Below are positions 37,136-46,585 of a stretch of DNA of 55,883 nt, in pieces. Source of the stretch: a virus (lineage: Duplodnaviria > Caudoviricetes); IMG/VR virus record IMGVR_UViG_3300037961_005406, positions 1 through 55,883 of that record; one strand, 5' to 3'. The translations under genes were made by a program, and so were the position numbers. Positions within the stretch are counted from its first letter, which is position 1. The number at the start of each line of letters is the position of its first letter. The notes under the pieces are model-generated. The model was not told the origin of the DNA and ran no database searches. It saw only the letters and a program-made list of their open reading frames with translations.

Positions 37136-37279
37136 ATGACAATATCAAGATCACAAATATCCAAACAAGTTGATGGCAAATTAAGAGGTGCCAGAGATGA
37201 AAAGAAAAAAGATAAAAAAACAGTTAAAAAAAATAAACCCCTTAAAAAGAATCCTCTTAGCAGGACATTTACTGTTTAG
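37136..37279 (+). CDS. Small basic peptide (47 aa) with MCP-like N-terminus
   Basis: AGGAG RBS; MTISRSQISKQVDGK... Confidence 0.6.
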   Translation: MTISRSQISKQVDGKLRGARDEKKKDKKTVKKNKPLKKNPLSRTFTV

Positions 37280-37349
37280 GCAAAGAGTGGTACAATCTAA
37301 GAAGTTGTACAACCGAAAAAGGCTTAAACATGACAAAACTATGTGCTAG
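37197..37349 (+). CDS. ArfA-like small basic protein (50 aa)
   Basis: GAGGT RBS 7 nt upstream; MKRKKIKKQLKKINPLKRILLAGHLLFRQRVVQSKKLYNRKRLKHDKTMC. Confidence 0.55.
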   Translation: MKRKKIKKQLKKINPLKRILLAGHLLFRQRVVQSKKLYNRKRLKHDKTMC

Positions 37350-37692
37350 AGGCAAAGCGGCCGCTAAAAGAAAATTTAAAGTATACCCGTCTGCATATGC
37401 GAACGCATACGCTAGTAAGATTTGTGCGGGTAAAATAAAAGATCCATCAGGAACTAAAAGAAAAGATTGGGGACCTAAAAAAGCTAGTAAAGGTGCAGAT
37501 ATAAAAATTAAAAAAGTTGCAAAAGCTTTACACAAAGCATCAGGATTACATAAACAACAAGCTAAAACATTAGAATCAATAAAAGCTAATAAAGGAGCTT
37601 ATACAGGTTCTTATATGAAAAGCGAGATTGCTGGAGAACCTGCATCTAATGAAAGTTTAGTTTCATACTATGGAGACATGATAGATGTCTAG
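37330..37692 (+). CDS. Small basic protein
   Basis: AKRKFKVYPSAYAN motif (DUF5872-like). Confidence 0.7.
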   Translation: MTKLCARGKAAAKRKFKVYPSAYANAYASKICAGKIKDPSGTKRKDWGPKKASKGADIKIKKVAKALHKASGLHKQQAKTLESIKANKGAYTGSYMKSEIAGEPASNESLVSYYGDMIDV

Positions 37693-38071
37693 TCGAGGAA
37701 CTTGTTGGGAAGGATACGTCCAAAAAGGAATGAAGAAAAAAGGAGGACGAATGGTTCCTAACTGTGTGCCTGCTGGTATGAAAAGAGGTGGACTCAAACA
37801 ATGGTTTCAAGAAAAGTGGGTAGATATTGGAGCAAAAAAGAAAGATGGTAAGTTTCAAGAATGTGGAAGAAAATCAGCTTCTGGTTCTAAAAGAAAATAC
37901 CCCAAGTGTGTTCCACTTGCAAAAGCTAGAGCTATGTCTAAATCACAAAGATCATCAGCTGTAGCAAGAAAGAGAGCTGCAGGTAACACAGGACCAAAAC
38001 CAACTAATGTAAAAACAATTGCTAAAGCAAGCACGGGTGGTATGGCAGATTATTATAGAGGTATAGTTTAA
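37685..38071 (+). CDS. Small basic protein
   Basis: CWEGY...VPNCVP; GLKQWF.EKWVDI...CGR...YPKCVP. Confidence 0.75.
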   Translation: MSSRGTCWEGYVQKGMKKKGGRMVPNCVPAGMKRGGLKQWFQEKWVDIGAKKKDGKFQECGRKSASGSKRKYPKCVPLAKARAMSKSQRSSAVARKRAAGNTGPKPTNVKTIAKASTGGMADYYRGIV

Positions 38072-38298
38072 TGGCTTACGATTACGCAAAAAAATATTAT
38101 AAAAATGCAAGTCCAACAAATAAAAAAAGATTTAACGAAATCGTAGATGATTTACGAATAGATATGTCTTTTGATTCCGCTATTAATGAAGGTTTAAGAA
38201 AAATAAGAGAAGAAATTAGAAATACATCTGGAGGAAAAAAATTTAATACAGGTGGTATAATACTAACTAAAGATAATTACTATAAGGATTTATTATAA
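38071..38298 (+). CDS. Hypothetical protein
   Basis: TAATG coupling; FNTGG and C-terminal YYKDLL. Confidence 0.65.
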   Translation: MAYDYAKKYYKNASPTNKKRFNEIVDDLRIDMSFDSAINEGLRKIREEIRNTSGGKKFNTGGIILTKDNYYKDLL

Positions 38299-38987
38299 TG
38301 GCAAGTTCTGGAACTACAGCATTTGATTTAAACATTGATGAGATTATAGACGAAGCTTACGAAAGATGTGGAGTGTCTACAGAATCTGGTTATGATTTAA
38401 AAAGAGCAAGAAGAAATTTAAATTTATTGTTATCTGAATGGGGTAATAGAGGATTACATCTTTGGAAAGTAAAAAACAAAGAACAACTTTTAACTGCAGG
38501 AACATCTCAATACGCAACTCCAAGTGATTGTAGCGATGTGTTAGAAGCTTATATATCTACAGGAACAGGAAATGGACCAACAATAACAGATGTGTCTTTA
38601 ACAAAAACTGACAGATCTAACTATGCTGCATTACCCAACAAAGGTGCTACAGGTCAGCCATCACAGTATTATGTAGATAGACAAATTACACCACAAATAT
38701 ATTTGTACCAAACACCAGATGCAACTACTTATACTTATTTAAAATACTACTACATTGGTAGAATTGAAGATGCAGGAGGATACACAAAAACTCCAGACGC
38801 ACCTTTTAGATTTTTACCTTGTATGGTTGCAGGTCTTGCATACTATGTTTCTTTTCTAAAAGCTGCAGACAGAACTCAAATGTTAAAATTAGCTTATGAA
38901 GATGAAATGAAAAGAGCACTAGATGAAGATGGTTCTAGAACTTCTTTGTATATTTCACCACAAACTTACTTTGGAGATGGAGTGTAA
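38298..38987 (+). CDS. Head-tail connector / adaptor protein
   Basis: SGTTAF.L.I.EII.EAYERCG...ARR.LN.L..EW.NRG...P.RFLPC...GLAYY. Confidence 0.75.
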   Translation: MASSGTTAFDLNIDEIIDEAYERCGVSTESGYDLKRARRNLNLLLSEWGNRGLHLWKVKNKEQLLTAGTSQYATPSDCSDVLEAYISTGTGNGPTITDVSLTKTDRSNYAALPNKGATGQPSQYYVDRQITPQIYLYQTPDATTYTYLKYYYIGRIEDAGGYTKTPDAPFRFLPCMVAGLAYYVSFLKAADRTQMLKLAYEDEMKRALDEDGSRTSLYISPQTYFGDGV

Positions 38988-39346
38988 TGGGATACGCATC
39001 AGGAAAACAATCTCACGCAATATCAGATAGATCTGGACAATCTTTTCCTTATAAAGAAATGGTTAGAGAATGGACAGGTGCATTAGTTCATATATCTGAG
39101 TTTGAACCTAAACATCCTCAAATAAGAAGAAAAACAGTTAAAGCAGATGCAATAGCTTTACAAAATTCTAGATCTCAAGATTTTAATTTAACTTCTGGAG
39201 GATCTAGATTTACAACAGTTAATTTAAAATTACCTGGTGAGTTTGCTTTTGAATCTTCAGGAATGAAACCTGATGATGGATCAGAACAAAATAGACAAAG
39301 ACAATTAATTGGTATTTTAGGTACCGTAACAGTGAGTATTACATAA
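38987..39346 (+). CDS. Conserved phage hypothetical protein
   Basis: YASGK...AISDRSG..F.Y.EM..EW.G..VH..EFEPKHPQ. Confidence 0.7.
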   Translation: MGYASGKQSHAISDRSGQSFPYKEMVREWTGALVHISEFEPKHPQIRRKTVKADAIALQNSRSQDFNLTSGGSRFTTVNLKLPGEFAFESSGMKPDDGSEQNRQRQLIGILGTVTVSIT

Positions 39347-39999
39347 TGGCTATTACACATTCAGCATTTTTAACACAAGTAAGAAACTACACAGAAGTAG
39401 ACTCCAATGTGTTATCTGACACTATCATTGATCAATTTATTAGAGTAATTGAAGTAGATGTAGCGGGTAAGGTTGATTACGACGATCTTAGAAAATATGC
39501 TAACTCTAATTTTACAGCTGGTAACAGAGCTATATCTATGCCATCTGATGCCATGATTTTAAGATCTATTGAACACATTGATTCAAGTGGTAACAGAACA
39601 TTTTTAGAAAAAAGAGAGACAAGTTTTATATCAGAATTTAATTCAACAGGCACTCAAGGCACTCCTAAATATTTTGCTAATTGGGATGACTTTAATATTA
39701 TTGTAGCACCCGTTCCAGCTTCTGCGGATACAGTTCAAATAAATTATATAAAAGATCCGCCTCATTTTAATTCTACCACGAATACTTTTTTATCTACTTA
39801 TCAAGATCCCATGTTATTACATGGTGTACTTACAGAATGTTTTTCATACCTAAAAGGACCTATGGATCTGTACAACTTATATAAAAGCAAGTATGATGAA
39901 GAAGTACAAGCTTTTGCCCTACAACAAATGGGCAGAAGAAGACGAGGAGAATACGATAGTGGGGTACCTAGAGTTAAGATACCTTCACCATCACCATAA
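39346..39999 (+). CDS. Tail adaptor (tail tubular protein A-like)
   Basis: Position in the tail module; GTPKYFA...VAPVP...LL.G.L.E..Y.K motif. Confidence 0.7.
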   Translation: MAITHSAFLTQVRNYTEVDSNVLSDTIIDQFIRVIEVDVAGKVDYDDLRKYANSNFTAGNRAISMPSDAMILRSIEHIDSSGNRTFLEKRETSFISEFNSTGTQGTPKYFANWDDFNIIVAPVPASADTVQINYIKDPPHFNSTTNTFLSTYQDPMLLHGVLTECFSYLKGPMDLYNLYKSKYDEEVQAFALQQMGRRRRGEYDSGVPRVKIPSPSP

Positions 40000-40017
40000 A
40001 ATTAAAGGAGAAAAATT

Positions 40018-40461
40018 ATGGCTATTACAACAAATGCAATTTGTGATTCTTTTAAAAAAGAATTACTACAAGGAAAGCATGACTTTGATACATCTTCTGA
40101 CACATACAAGTTAGCGATGTACACAAGTTCTGCAACTTTAGGTAAATCAACTGAGAACTACACAACTAATAACGAAGTATCATCATCAAACTACACAGCT
40201 GGTGGCGGAACTCTTGTTAACCAAGGTGTGAAAGTTTCATCATCTGTGGCTATTACAGACTTTGCTGATTTATCTTTTCAAAACGTAACTCTTACTGCAA
40301 GAGGTGCTTTAATTTACAACACAACAACTGACGGTGGATCAAACACTACTGACGCTGTTGCTGTATTAGATTTCGGTGGTGACAAGACTGCAACTTCTGG
40401 AACATTTACAATTCAGTTTCCTGCATTCACAACATCTGCTGCGATTTTAAGATTAGCATAA
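40018..40461 (+). CDS. Virion structural (tail) protein
   Basis: SFK.ELL.G.HDF...YKLAMY...YTAGG..L...ARGALIYN...LDFGGDK. Confidence 0.7.
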   Translation: MAITTNAICDSFKKELLQGKHDFDTSSDTYKLAMYTSSATLGKSTENYTTNNEVSSSNYTAGGGTLVNQGVKVSSSVAITDFADLSFQNVTLTARGALIYNTTTDGGSNTTDAVAVLDFGGDKTATSGTFTIQFPAFTTSAAILRLA

Positions 40462-40482
40462 TAATTATGGGAGCCCGATTCA

Positions 40483-41793
40483 GTGACAACAAAAACATTT
40501 ACTGTTACAGTTTCTAACCCTGGATCGGGTAACCGATATTATATAGACGGAGTTTTACAAGCTACTGTCTCTTTAGCTTATGGTGCTACCTATCGTTTTG
40601 ATCAATCAGATTCTTCAAACGCAGGCCACCCTTTAAGATTTTCAACTACCTCTGATGGTTCTCATGGGGGAGGTTCTGCATATGTTCCCGGTATTACAGT
40701 AGTCGGAACTCCAGGTTCATCTGGAGCGTACACAGAATTTTTCGTAACTGAAGTTGGTCCACCATCAACAATGTATTATTATTGTACGCAACACTCAGGT
40801 ATGGGTGGAGCTGCGAATTTAACCTCTAATTCTTGGGGTGGTTTATCTTGGGGCAATGGCACTTGGGGTGATCAAGGTCATATTGATTTTTCAGCTACAG
40901 GACAATCTTTAACTTCAAGCATTGGAACTTTACAATCAGTTACAGGAAACTCTATTGTTCAACCAAGTGGACAACAACTTGCTTCATCGCAAGGAACAAC
41001 AGTTGGTGGTACGTCAGTTACCGTTCAAGTAACGGGAAATTTAGAATCAATGGGTGTTGGTCAGGTTGTTTCTGGAATAGGTGTCCTTACAACAGGATCA
41101 TCTATGAACTCAAGTATAGGAGCTGCTACTGTAGATGAATCTACACTTACCGGAGAAGGTTGGGGTAGAGATGCATGGGGATCTTTTGCATGGGGTGTAA
41201 ATTACTCGGTAGCTGTAACAGGCCAATCTTTAACATCAACAATTGGAAATGAAACAGCGTTTACAGATGTGACTGTTGATGTCACGGGACAATCGCTTAC
41301 GTCTACACAAGGATTAATATCATTAAAAGGAGATTTTGGTATTGTAGTTTTTGCTGCTGAAGATCAATTAGATTTTAGTATTGGAACTTTAACTTTTGAT
41401 GCTGACGCTAATGTTTCTGTTTCCGGTATTTCTATGACAGCATCACCAGGAACCGCAGTTGGAGGATTAAAAACACCTGTTGATGTATCTGGAATTCAAG
41501 CTTCAATGAGTATAGGAAATATCTCTCTTGTTCAAACGACCACAGAATCAGTGTCTGGAATTGCTGCGACCATGACACTTGGACAACATGCAGAAATACC
41601 TGGTCAAATGATAGGTGTTTCAGGACTATCTATGACTTCATCTTTGGGGGAAGAAGAAGTTATTGGAGGAGCTTTAGTAATTCCAACAGGCATACAGTTG
41701 ACAGGTTCTGTAGGAAGTCCTAATATTACTGCGTGGGCAGAAATAGATTTAGGAGTCAACAATGTTTGGACACCCGTTGATCTAGCAGCTTAA
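40483..41793 (+). CDS. Tail fibre/spike-like protein with N-terminal cupredoxin-like domain
   Basis: YRFDQSDSSNAGHPLRFS...YYYCTQHSGMG, then WG and V.TGQSLTS.IG repeats; GTG start. Confidence 0.7.
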   Translation: MTTKTFTVTVSNPGSGNRYYIDGVLQATVSLAYGATYRFDQSDSSNAGHPLRFSTTSDGSHGGGSAYVPGITVVGTPGSSGAYTEFFVTEVGPPSTMYYYCTQHSGMGGAANLTSNSWGGLSWGNGTWGDQGHIDFSATGQSLTSSIGTLQSVTGNSIVQPSGQQLASSQGTTVGGTSVTVQVTGNLESMGVGQVVSGIGVLTTGSSMNSSIGAATVDESTLTGEGWGRDAWGSFAWGVNYSVAVTGQSLTSTIGNETAFTDVTVDVTGQSLTSTQGLISLKGDFGIVVFAAEDQLDFSIGTLTFDADANVSVSGISMTASPGTAVGGLKTPVDVSGIQASMSIGNISLVQTTTESVSGIAATMTLGQHAEIPGQMIGVSGLSMTSSLGEEEVIGGALVIPTGIQLTGSVGSPNITAWAEIDLGVNNVWTPVDLAA

Positions 41794-41828
41794 ATAATGT
41801 ATTATACATATTACTAAGGAGATTTTTT

Positions 41829-43052
41829 ATGGCATCAAGTTATTCAAGTGATCTTAAACTAGAGTTGATGGTAACCGGTGAAAACGCTGGTACTTGGGGT
41901 GACAAAACAAACACAAACTTAAACTTAATTCAACAAGCTGTAGCTGGATTTGAACAAATTACTCTTTCTTCTGGAGGAACTGTAGCACTTGTAATGTCGG
42001 ATGGTGCTATATCAAACGCTAGAAATTTAGTAATTAAATTTGCTACTGCAACAATCGCAGCGAGCACTGTTTGTACTATACCAGATTCTATAGAAAAATT
42101 TTATATCTTTGATTGTTCAGGATTAACAAATCCATCAAACTTAACAATTAAAACTGCTTCAGGAACAGGATTTACTCCTGACGCTGCAAAAATTTATGCA
42201 GCATATTCTGATGGAACAAATTTAAATGAAGTGTCATTAGACACTTTAGGTGGCACAGTAGCTGCAGCACAAATTGCTGATAGTGCAGTGACTACTGCAA
42301 AAATTGCAGATGATGCTGTTACTTCAGCTAAGATAGCTGACGATGCTGTTGTGACTGCTGCGATTGCAGATGATGCTATTACTACTGCCTTGATTGCAGA
42401 CGATGCTGTTGGTGCCGATCAACTTGCAAACACTGCCGTAACTGCGGGATCTTATACAACTGCAGACATTACTGTTGATGCTCAAGGAAGAATCACTTCT
42501 GCTGCAGATGGATCAGGAGGTGGCGGAGGAATGTTTTTAAGAGTTCAAAGTGCTGGATCAACATCGGGTACTTTTACTTCTGCTGCTGGATCTTCAAATT
42601 ACGCTGCCTTTGCGTGGGCAGGAGGCGGTGGAGGAGGAGGCTCCTTATTTAATTGGGGAAAAGCTGGTGGTGCTGGAGGAAATGGTGGCTATGGTTACTA
42701 CCATGGCACTCTTACAGGTAACACTGCATATCCTTATTCTGTTGGAGCTGGTGGAAACGCTGGAGGACCTGCATCTGCGGGAAGCGCTGGTGGTGCTACA
42801 ACTTTTACAAATTTATTTACAGTAAATGGAGGTGGCGGTGGAAATGCTCCGTCTATGAACGCAAATGGAAATACGGGTTCTGCAGGAAGTGCTCCAGGTG
42901 CTGCTATTGTATTTGCTCCTAAAACTTTTATGATCGTAAGTGACTTAGGTGGTGGTGGACCAGGTGGTCCATTTGGTCCTGGACAACAAACAAATCCAGG
43001 AACTGCTGGAACTGCTGGCGGTATTATTTTTTATGAGAATAGTTTAACATAA
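41829..43052 (+). CDS. Tail fibre protein
   Basis: MASSYS.L.LELM.TGENAGTWG..TN.NL anchor; (A/K)IADDAVT repeats; Gly-rich tip. Confidence 0.8.
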   Translation: MASSYSSDLKLELMVTGENAGTWGDKTNTNLNLIQQAVAGFEQITLSSGGTVALVMSDGAISNARNLVIKFATATIAASTVCTIPDSIEKFYIFDCSGLTNPSNLTIKTASGTGFTPDAAKIYAAYSDGTNLNEVSLDTLGGTVAAAQIADSAVTTAKIADDAVTSAKIADDAVVTAAIADDAITTALIADDAVGADQLANTAVTAGSYTTADITVDAQGRITSAADGSGGGGGMFLRVQSAGSTSGTFTSAAGSSNYAAFAWAGGGGGGGSLFNWGKAGGAGGNGGYGYYHGTLTGNTAYPYSVGAGGNAGGPASAGSAGGATTFTNLFTVNGGGGGNAPSMNANGNTGSAGSAPGAAIVFAPKTFMIVSDLGGGGPGGPFGPGQQTNPGTAGTAGGIIFYENSLT

Positions 43053-43062
43053 GGTATTTAAA

Positions 43063-43518
43063 ATGGCATATTGTATATTAAACCCAAATGAATCTAACAA
43101 ATTAAACATTCATAGAATTGCTGAAAATGAAGAAGAAAAAAATTTGTTTCATACTACTGATAATTTTATAGTAGTAGATTTAAGTGATGAAGACTTTAAC
43201 AAAATAAAAATTAATACTCATTTTATATCAGGATATTCAGAAGAAAATGGTTATCAGCTACAAGCACAAGAAACAAATGATCTTGGTATTTTTAATAAAG
43301 GATCTCTTCAAAGTCATTTAAATTTTTTAAGTTCTTCTATTGCAAATTATTTAAGTAATAATAATCAAGAGAGCTCAATCAGATCTTTTTGGGAAACTTA
43401 TAAAGGTGTAATTGACGGTTTTGATGTAGAATCATTAACTTATCCTACTAATTTTTCTTGGGAAAAATATTGTCAAGATAACGGAATACCTTTTAAAAGT
43501 ATTTTACAATTACCATAA
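43063..43518 (+). CDS. Putative tail fibre assembly chaperone
   Basis: Acidic protein directly after the fibre gene; W..Y...YP motif near the C-terminus. Confidence 0.5.
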   Translation: MAYCILNPNESNKLNIHRIAENEEEKNLFHTTDNFIVVDLSDEDFNKIKINTHFISGYSEENGYQLQAQETNDLGIFNKGSLQSHLNFLSSSIANYLSNNNQESSIRSFWETYKGVIDGFDVESLTYPTNFSWEKYCQDNGIPFKSILQLP

Positions 43519-43536
43519 TATTTATTATAAAAGGTT

Positions 43537-44253
43537 ATGTTTTTTCAAAATATAACTTTTAGTGCTCCTAAAAATTATTTAAATAATACTAAAGATTACC
43601 CAAAACCAATTAAACTAAATATACCTCATTGGTTTAAAGATTTAGAGCACACAAAAAATAATTTTACTGTTAAAGGTTGTGTGCCTTTTTTAGAAACCTT
43701 AAAAACGGGTTATGTCTTGAGTTTACCCCAAGATTTTATTTTACAATATGATTCATTAGGTGAAATGAACTTTCAACCTTCTCAAGAATCAAACAGTCAA
43801 TTACCTTTAAACAAGCGTGGTACTCATCACATACATTCAATAAAACAATTTGAAGGCTCTCCTATACAAAAAACCAATTTAAACTTTTCTGTTAATAAAA
43901 TAATAAACCCGTGGATAATTAAAACACCTCCTGGATATTCATGTTTGTTTATGTCTCCATTAAATAATACAGATGATAGATTTAGTATAATATCTGGTAT
44001 AGTAAATACAGACACTTATGACCAGCCTATAAATTTCCCTTTTAATATAAATGGTGATAAATATCCTAATCAAGACACTGTATTAAAAAAAGGTACTCCT
44101 TATGTTCAAATAGTGCCTTTTAAAAGAGACTCATGGAAAATGAAAATTAATAGCTATAATACAGAAAAATTAGATTTAGATATTTACAATTTTTTTTTAA
44201 AAATTTACCACAAATATAAAAATAAATTTTGGACAAAAACAATATGGAAATAA
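43537..44253 (+). CDS. Conserved marine phage protein (DUF6065-like)
   Basis: P.WFK...KGCVPFL....GY...NPWIIKTPPGYSCLF..P.N...SGIV.TD.Y..INFP. Confidence 0.65.
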   Translation: MFFQNITFSAPKNYLNNTKDYPKPIKLNIPHWFKDLEHTKNNFTVKGCVPFLETLKTGYVLSLPQDFILQYDSLGEMNFQPSQESNSQLPLNKRGTHHIHSIKQFEGSPIQKTNLNFSVNKIINPWIIKTPPGYSCLFMSPLNNTDDRFSIISGIVNTDTYDQPINFPFNINGDKYPNQDTVLKKGTPYVQIVPFKRDSWKMKINSYNTEKLDLDIYNFFLKIYHKYKNKFWTKTIWK

Positions 44254-44819
44254 AAAATTATATATTAGAATTTGAAAATATCTTAACAAAAGATGAATTT
44301 AATATATTTGAAAAATGTGTTAAAGACAATATTTTTTCTTTTCAAGAAGCTAAAGTTTATGAAACTAATGAAACTGATCAAGCTGTGAATACAAATTTAA
44401 GAAAAACAGAGACATGTCCTTTTTTTAATTTAGGCGTAGAAAGTATGACTGTGGTTTTTTGGGCAAATAAATTAAAAAATATTTTTAATAATGCTTTAAA
44501 AGATTACGCTAAAATCACAAATACTCACATTGATGCAAAAGTAAATACTATTGAATTATTAAAATATAAAGTAGGTGGTTTTTTCCTACAACATACTGAT
44601 CACGTTACAAAAAATCCAAGAGCTATAAGTTTTATTTACTTTTTAAATGATGATTACGAAGGTGGTGATTTAATTTTTAGATTACCTCATGGAGAAAATT
44701 TAAAAATAAATACTAAAAAAAATAAACTTTTAGTTTGGCCTAGTAATTTTTTGTATCCACATGAAGTTATGAAGGTCACTAAAGGTATAAGATATTCGAT
44801 AGTAGCATGGGCAAATTAG
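44244..44819 (+). CDS. 2OG-Fe(II) oxygenase, prolyl-4-hydroxylase-like
   Basis: LLKY..GGF...HTD...LNDDYEGG.L...PSNFLYPHEV..VTKG.RYSIV.W. Confidence 0.9.
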   Translation: MEIKNYILEFENILTKDEFNIFEKCVKDNIFSFQEAKVYETNETDQAVNTNLRKTETCPFFNLGVESMTVVFWANKLKNIFNNALKDYAKITNTHIDAKVNTIELLKYKVGGFFLQHTDHVTKNPRAISFIYFLNDDYEGGDLIFRLPHGENLKINTKKNKLLVWPSNFLYPHEVMKVTKGIRYSIVAWAN

Positions 44820-45367
44820 GTGTAGATTTTAATTATTTAAAAATAGAAAACTTCTTAAAAGAAGATATTCTTGAAGTTCTTAAACATTATTGTGAAATGA
44901 AAAACAGAGTGGTTGATGAAAAGCACTTATTAAATAATCCCATAAGTAAATTGACTTGTGCTGAGTTATCTTATTACGGAGAACCTTTAATGGATTCTAT
45001 CTTATTATATTGTCAAAAAAAAGTTGAACAAAATTCAAATAGAACTATATTGCCTTCTTATTCTTTGTGGAGAACATACACATATGGTAGTTATCTTTTA
45101 CCTCACATAGATAGACCTTCATGTGAGATTAGTGTTACAATTCACTTAAATGGAGATGGGACTGATTGGCCATTTGAAATAGAAGATACTTCTATCAAAA
45201 CTAAACCTGGTGATGGTATTATATATCTAGGAAACAAAGTTACACATGGTAGAAAACAATTTTTAGGAGATTTTCAAACTCAACTTTTTTTACATTATGT
45301 TGATGCAAATGGTAAATTTAAAGATTTTGAAAAAGATAAAAGAGCAACATTAGGAGTAGTAAAATGA
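44807..45367 (+). CDS. 2OG-Fe(II) oxygenase
   Basis: L.PHIDRPSCEISVT...PGD..IY.G...H.R...QLFLHYV. Confidence 0.85.
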   Translation: MGKLGVDFNYLKIENFLKEDILEVLKHYCEMKNRVVDEKHLLNNPISKLTCAELSYYGEPLMDSILLYCQKKVEQNSNRTILPSYSLWRTYTYGSYLLPHIDRPSCEISVTIHLNGDGTDWPFEIEDTSIKTKPGDGIIYLGNKVTHGRKQFLGDFQTQLFLHYVDANGKFKDFEKDKRATLGVVK

Positions 45368-45585
45368 GATTTATACAAAATGGAAAAGACGGAAGCTGTA
45401 GAGTAATTTTTTCTGAACAAGAAAAAAAAATAATAAACGAAAAAGGCGAGTTTATGTTAGATGCAATGGCATTAAGACATTTTAGTAATCATCTTATGAG
45501 AATAGTTCATGAATTTTATAAACTATTTCCAGAAGAAATAAAACATAAACAGACTTTTGAGGACTCGGAGTGTGAAGGAAAATAA
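45364..45585 (+). CDS. Hypothetical protein
   Basis: ATGA coupling, AGGAG RBS. Confidence 0.6.
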   Translation: MRFIQNGKDGSCRVIFSEQEKKIINEKGEFMLDAMALRHFSNHLMRIVHEFYKLFPEEIKHKQTFEDSECEGK

Positions 45586-46054
45586 AATTTATAAATGCAT
45601 AAATAATTTTATTGAAAATGATAAGACAAGAAAAATAAATCATATTTTAAATTTGCCGTCTTTCCCTTGGTATAAAACATCTTATAAAAATACTTTTACT
45701 CATATTCTATTTCAAGATGGGAATCCCATAAGTTCATTTGTAGATTTACTTGAAGGATTTCCAGAACAGATAAAAGAAAATATTTTTTTTTCTCAACTTT
45801 TTTTAATAAGTAAAAAAGATAAAATTGAAAAGATATTAGAAAAACCATTTGAAGAAAAAGCTAATCAATTTACAAATTTAATATATTATGTAAATAGTTG
45901 CGATGGCGAAACATTGATAGGTTCTGTTGCAAAATTTAAGTCTGTGCAAAATAGAGCAATATTTTGTTCTTCACATTTGTCAATTAATGAAACAAACTGC
46001 ACTGATGAAGATTTTAGAATAATTTTGTACATTACTTATAAAACTCATGATTAA
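45572..46054 (+). CDS. Degenerate 2OG-Fe(II) oxygenase-like protein
   Basis: FPWY...IYYVNSCDGET...NRAIF...R I as in 8237-8818, but HxD and the distal H are not evident; likely GTG start. Confidence 0.55.
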   Translation: MKENKIYKCINNFIENDKTRKINHILNLPSFPWYKTSYKNTFTHILFQDGNPISSFVDLLEGFPEQIKENIFFSQLFLISKKDKIEKILEKPFEEKANQFTNLIYYVNSCDGETLIGSVAKFKSVQNRAIFCSSHLSINETNCTDEDFRIILYITYKTHD

Positions 46055-46544
46055 ACCAAATTTATCACCAAAATTTTTAGATTGGGTAAGAAGTAATGAT
46101 TTTTCAAATAAAATTTTGTTAGAATTAGGTAGTGGAGATTCAACAATTTTTTTTTCTCAATATTTTAAAAAAGTATACTCATATGAAGATGATGTAAATT
46201 ATTATGAAAATTTAAAAAAAAATTTATCTAACAATGTAGATTACAAATTATTTAATAAAAACATATTTAAAGATATTGATTTTAAAAACAAAGTATCTGA
46301 GAGTGACGTATTTTTAATAGATAATCATCTGGAAAGAATTCCAAGAGATCAATTTGCTTTTTACATTCATAAAAATAAAAAACCATTTTCAATAATAGTT
46401 TTAGATAATGGAGATTGGAATTACAAAGCTTATGAATTTTTAAGATCTAATTATTATTGTTATGATTTTTTAAAAATTGATGAGACAGAAAATAACGAAC
46501 TTACGCAAACAACTGTGTTTTTTCACCCAAGAATTAAAAAGTAA
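46047..46544 (+). CDS. Class I SAM-dependent methyltransferase-like protein
   Basis: LLELGSGDST...SYE...FLID...IVLDN. Confidence 0.75.
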   Translation: MIKPNLSPKFLDWVRSNDFSNKILLELGSGDSTIFFSQYFKKVYSYEDDVNYYENLKKNLSNNVDYKLFNKNIFKDIDFKNKVSESDVFLIDNHLERIPRDQFAFYIHKNKKPFSIIVLDNGDWNYKAYEFLRSNYYCYDFLKIDETENNELTQTTVFFHPRIKK

Positions 46545-46585
46545 AGATACTTTAAATACATTGATCTATAGTATATAATATCGTT

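Noticed and set aside
42270-42440. Nucleotide repeats GCAGATGATGCT in the tail fibre as DGR or VNTR
   Set aside because: They are explained by IADDAVT protein repeats; no reverse transcriptase or TR/VR pair was seen.
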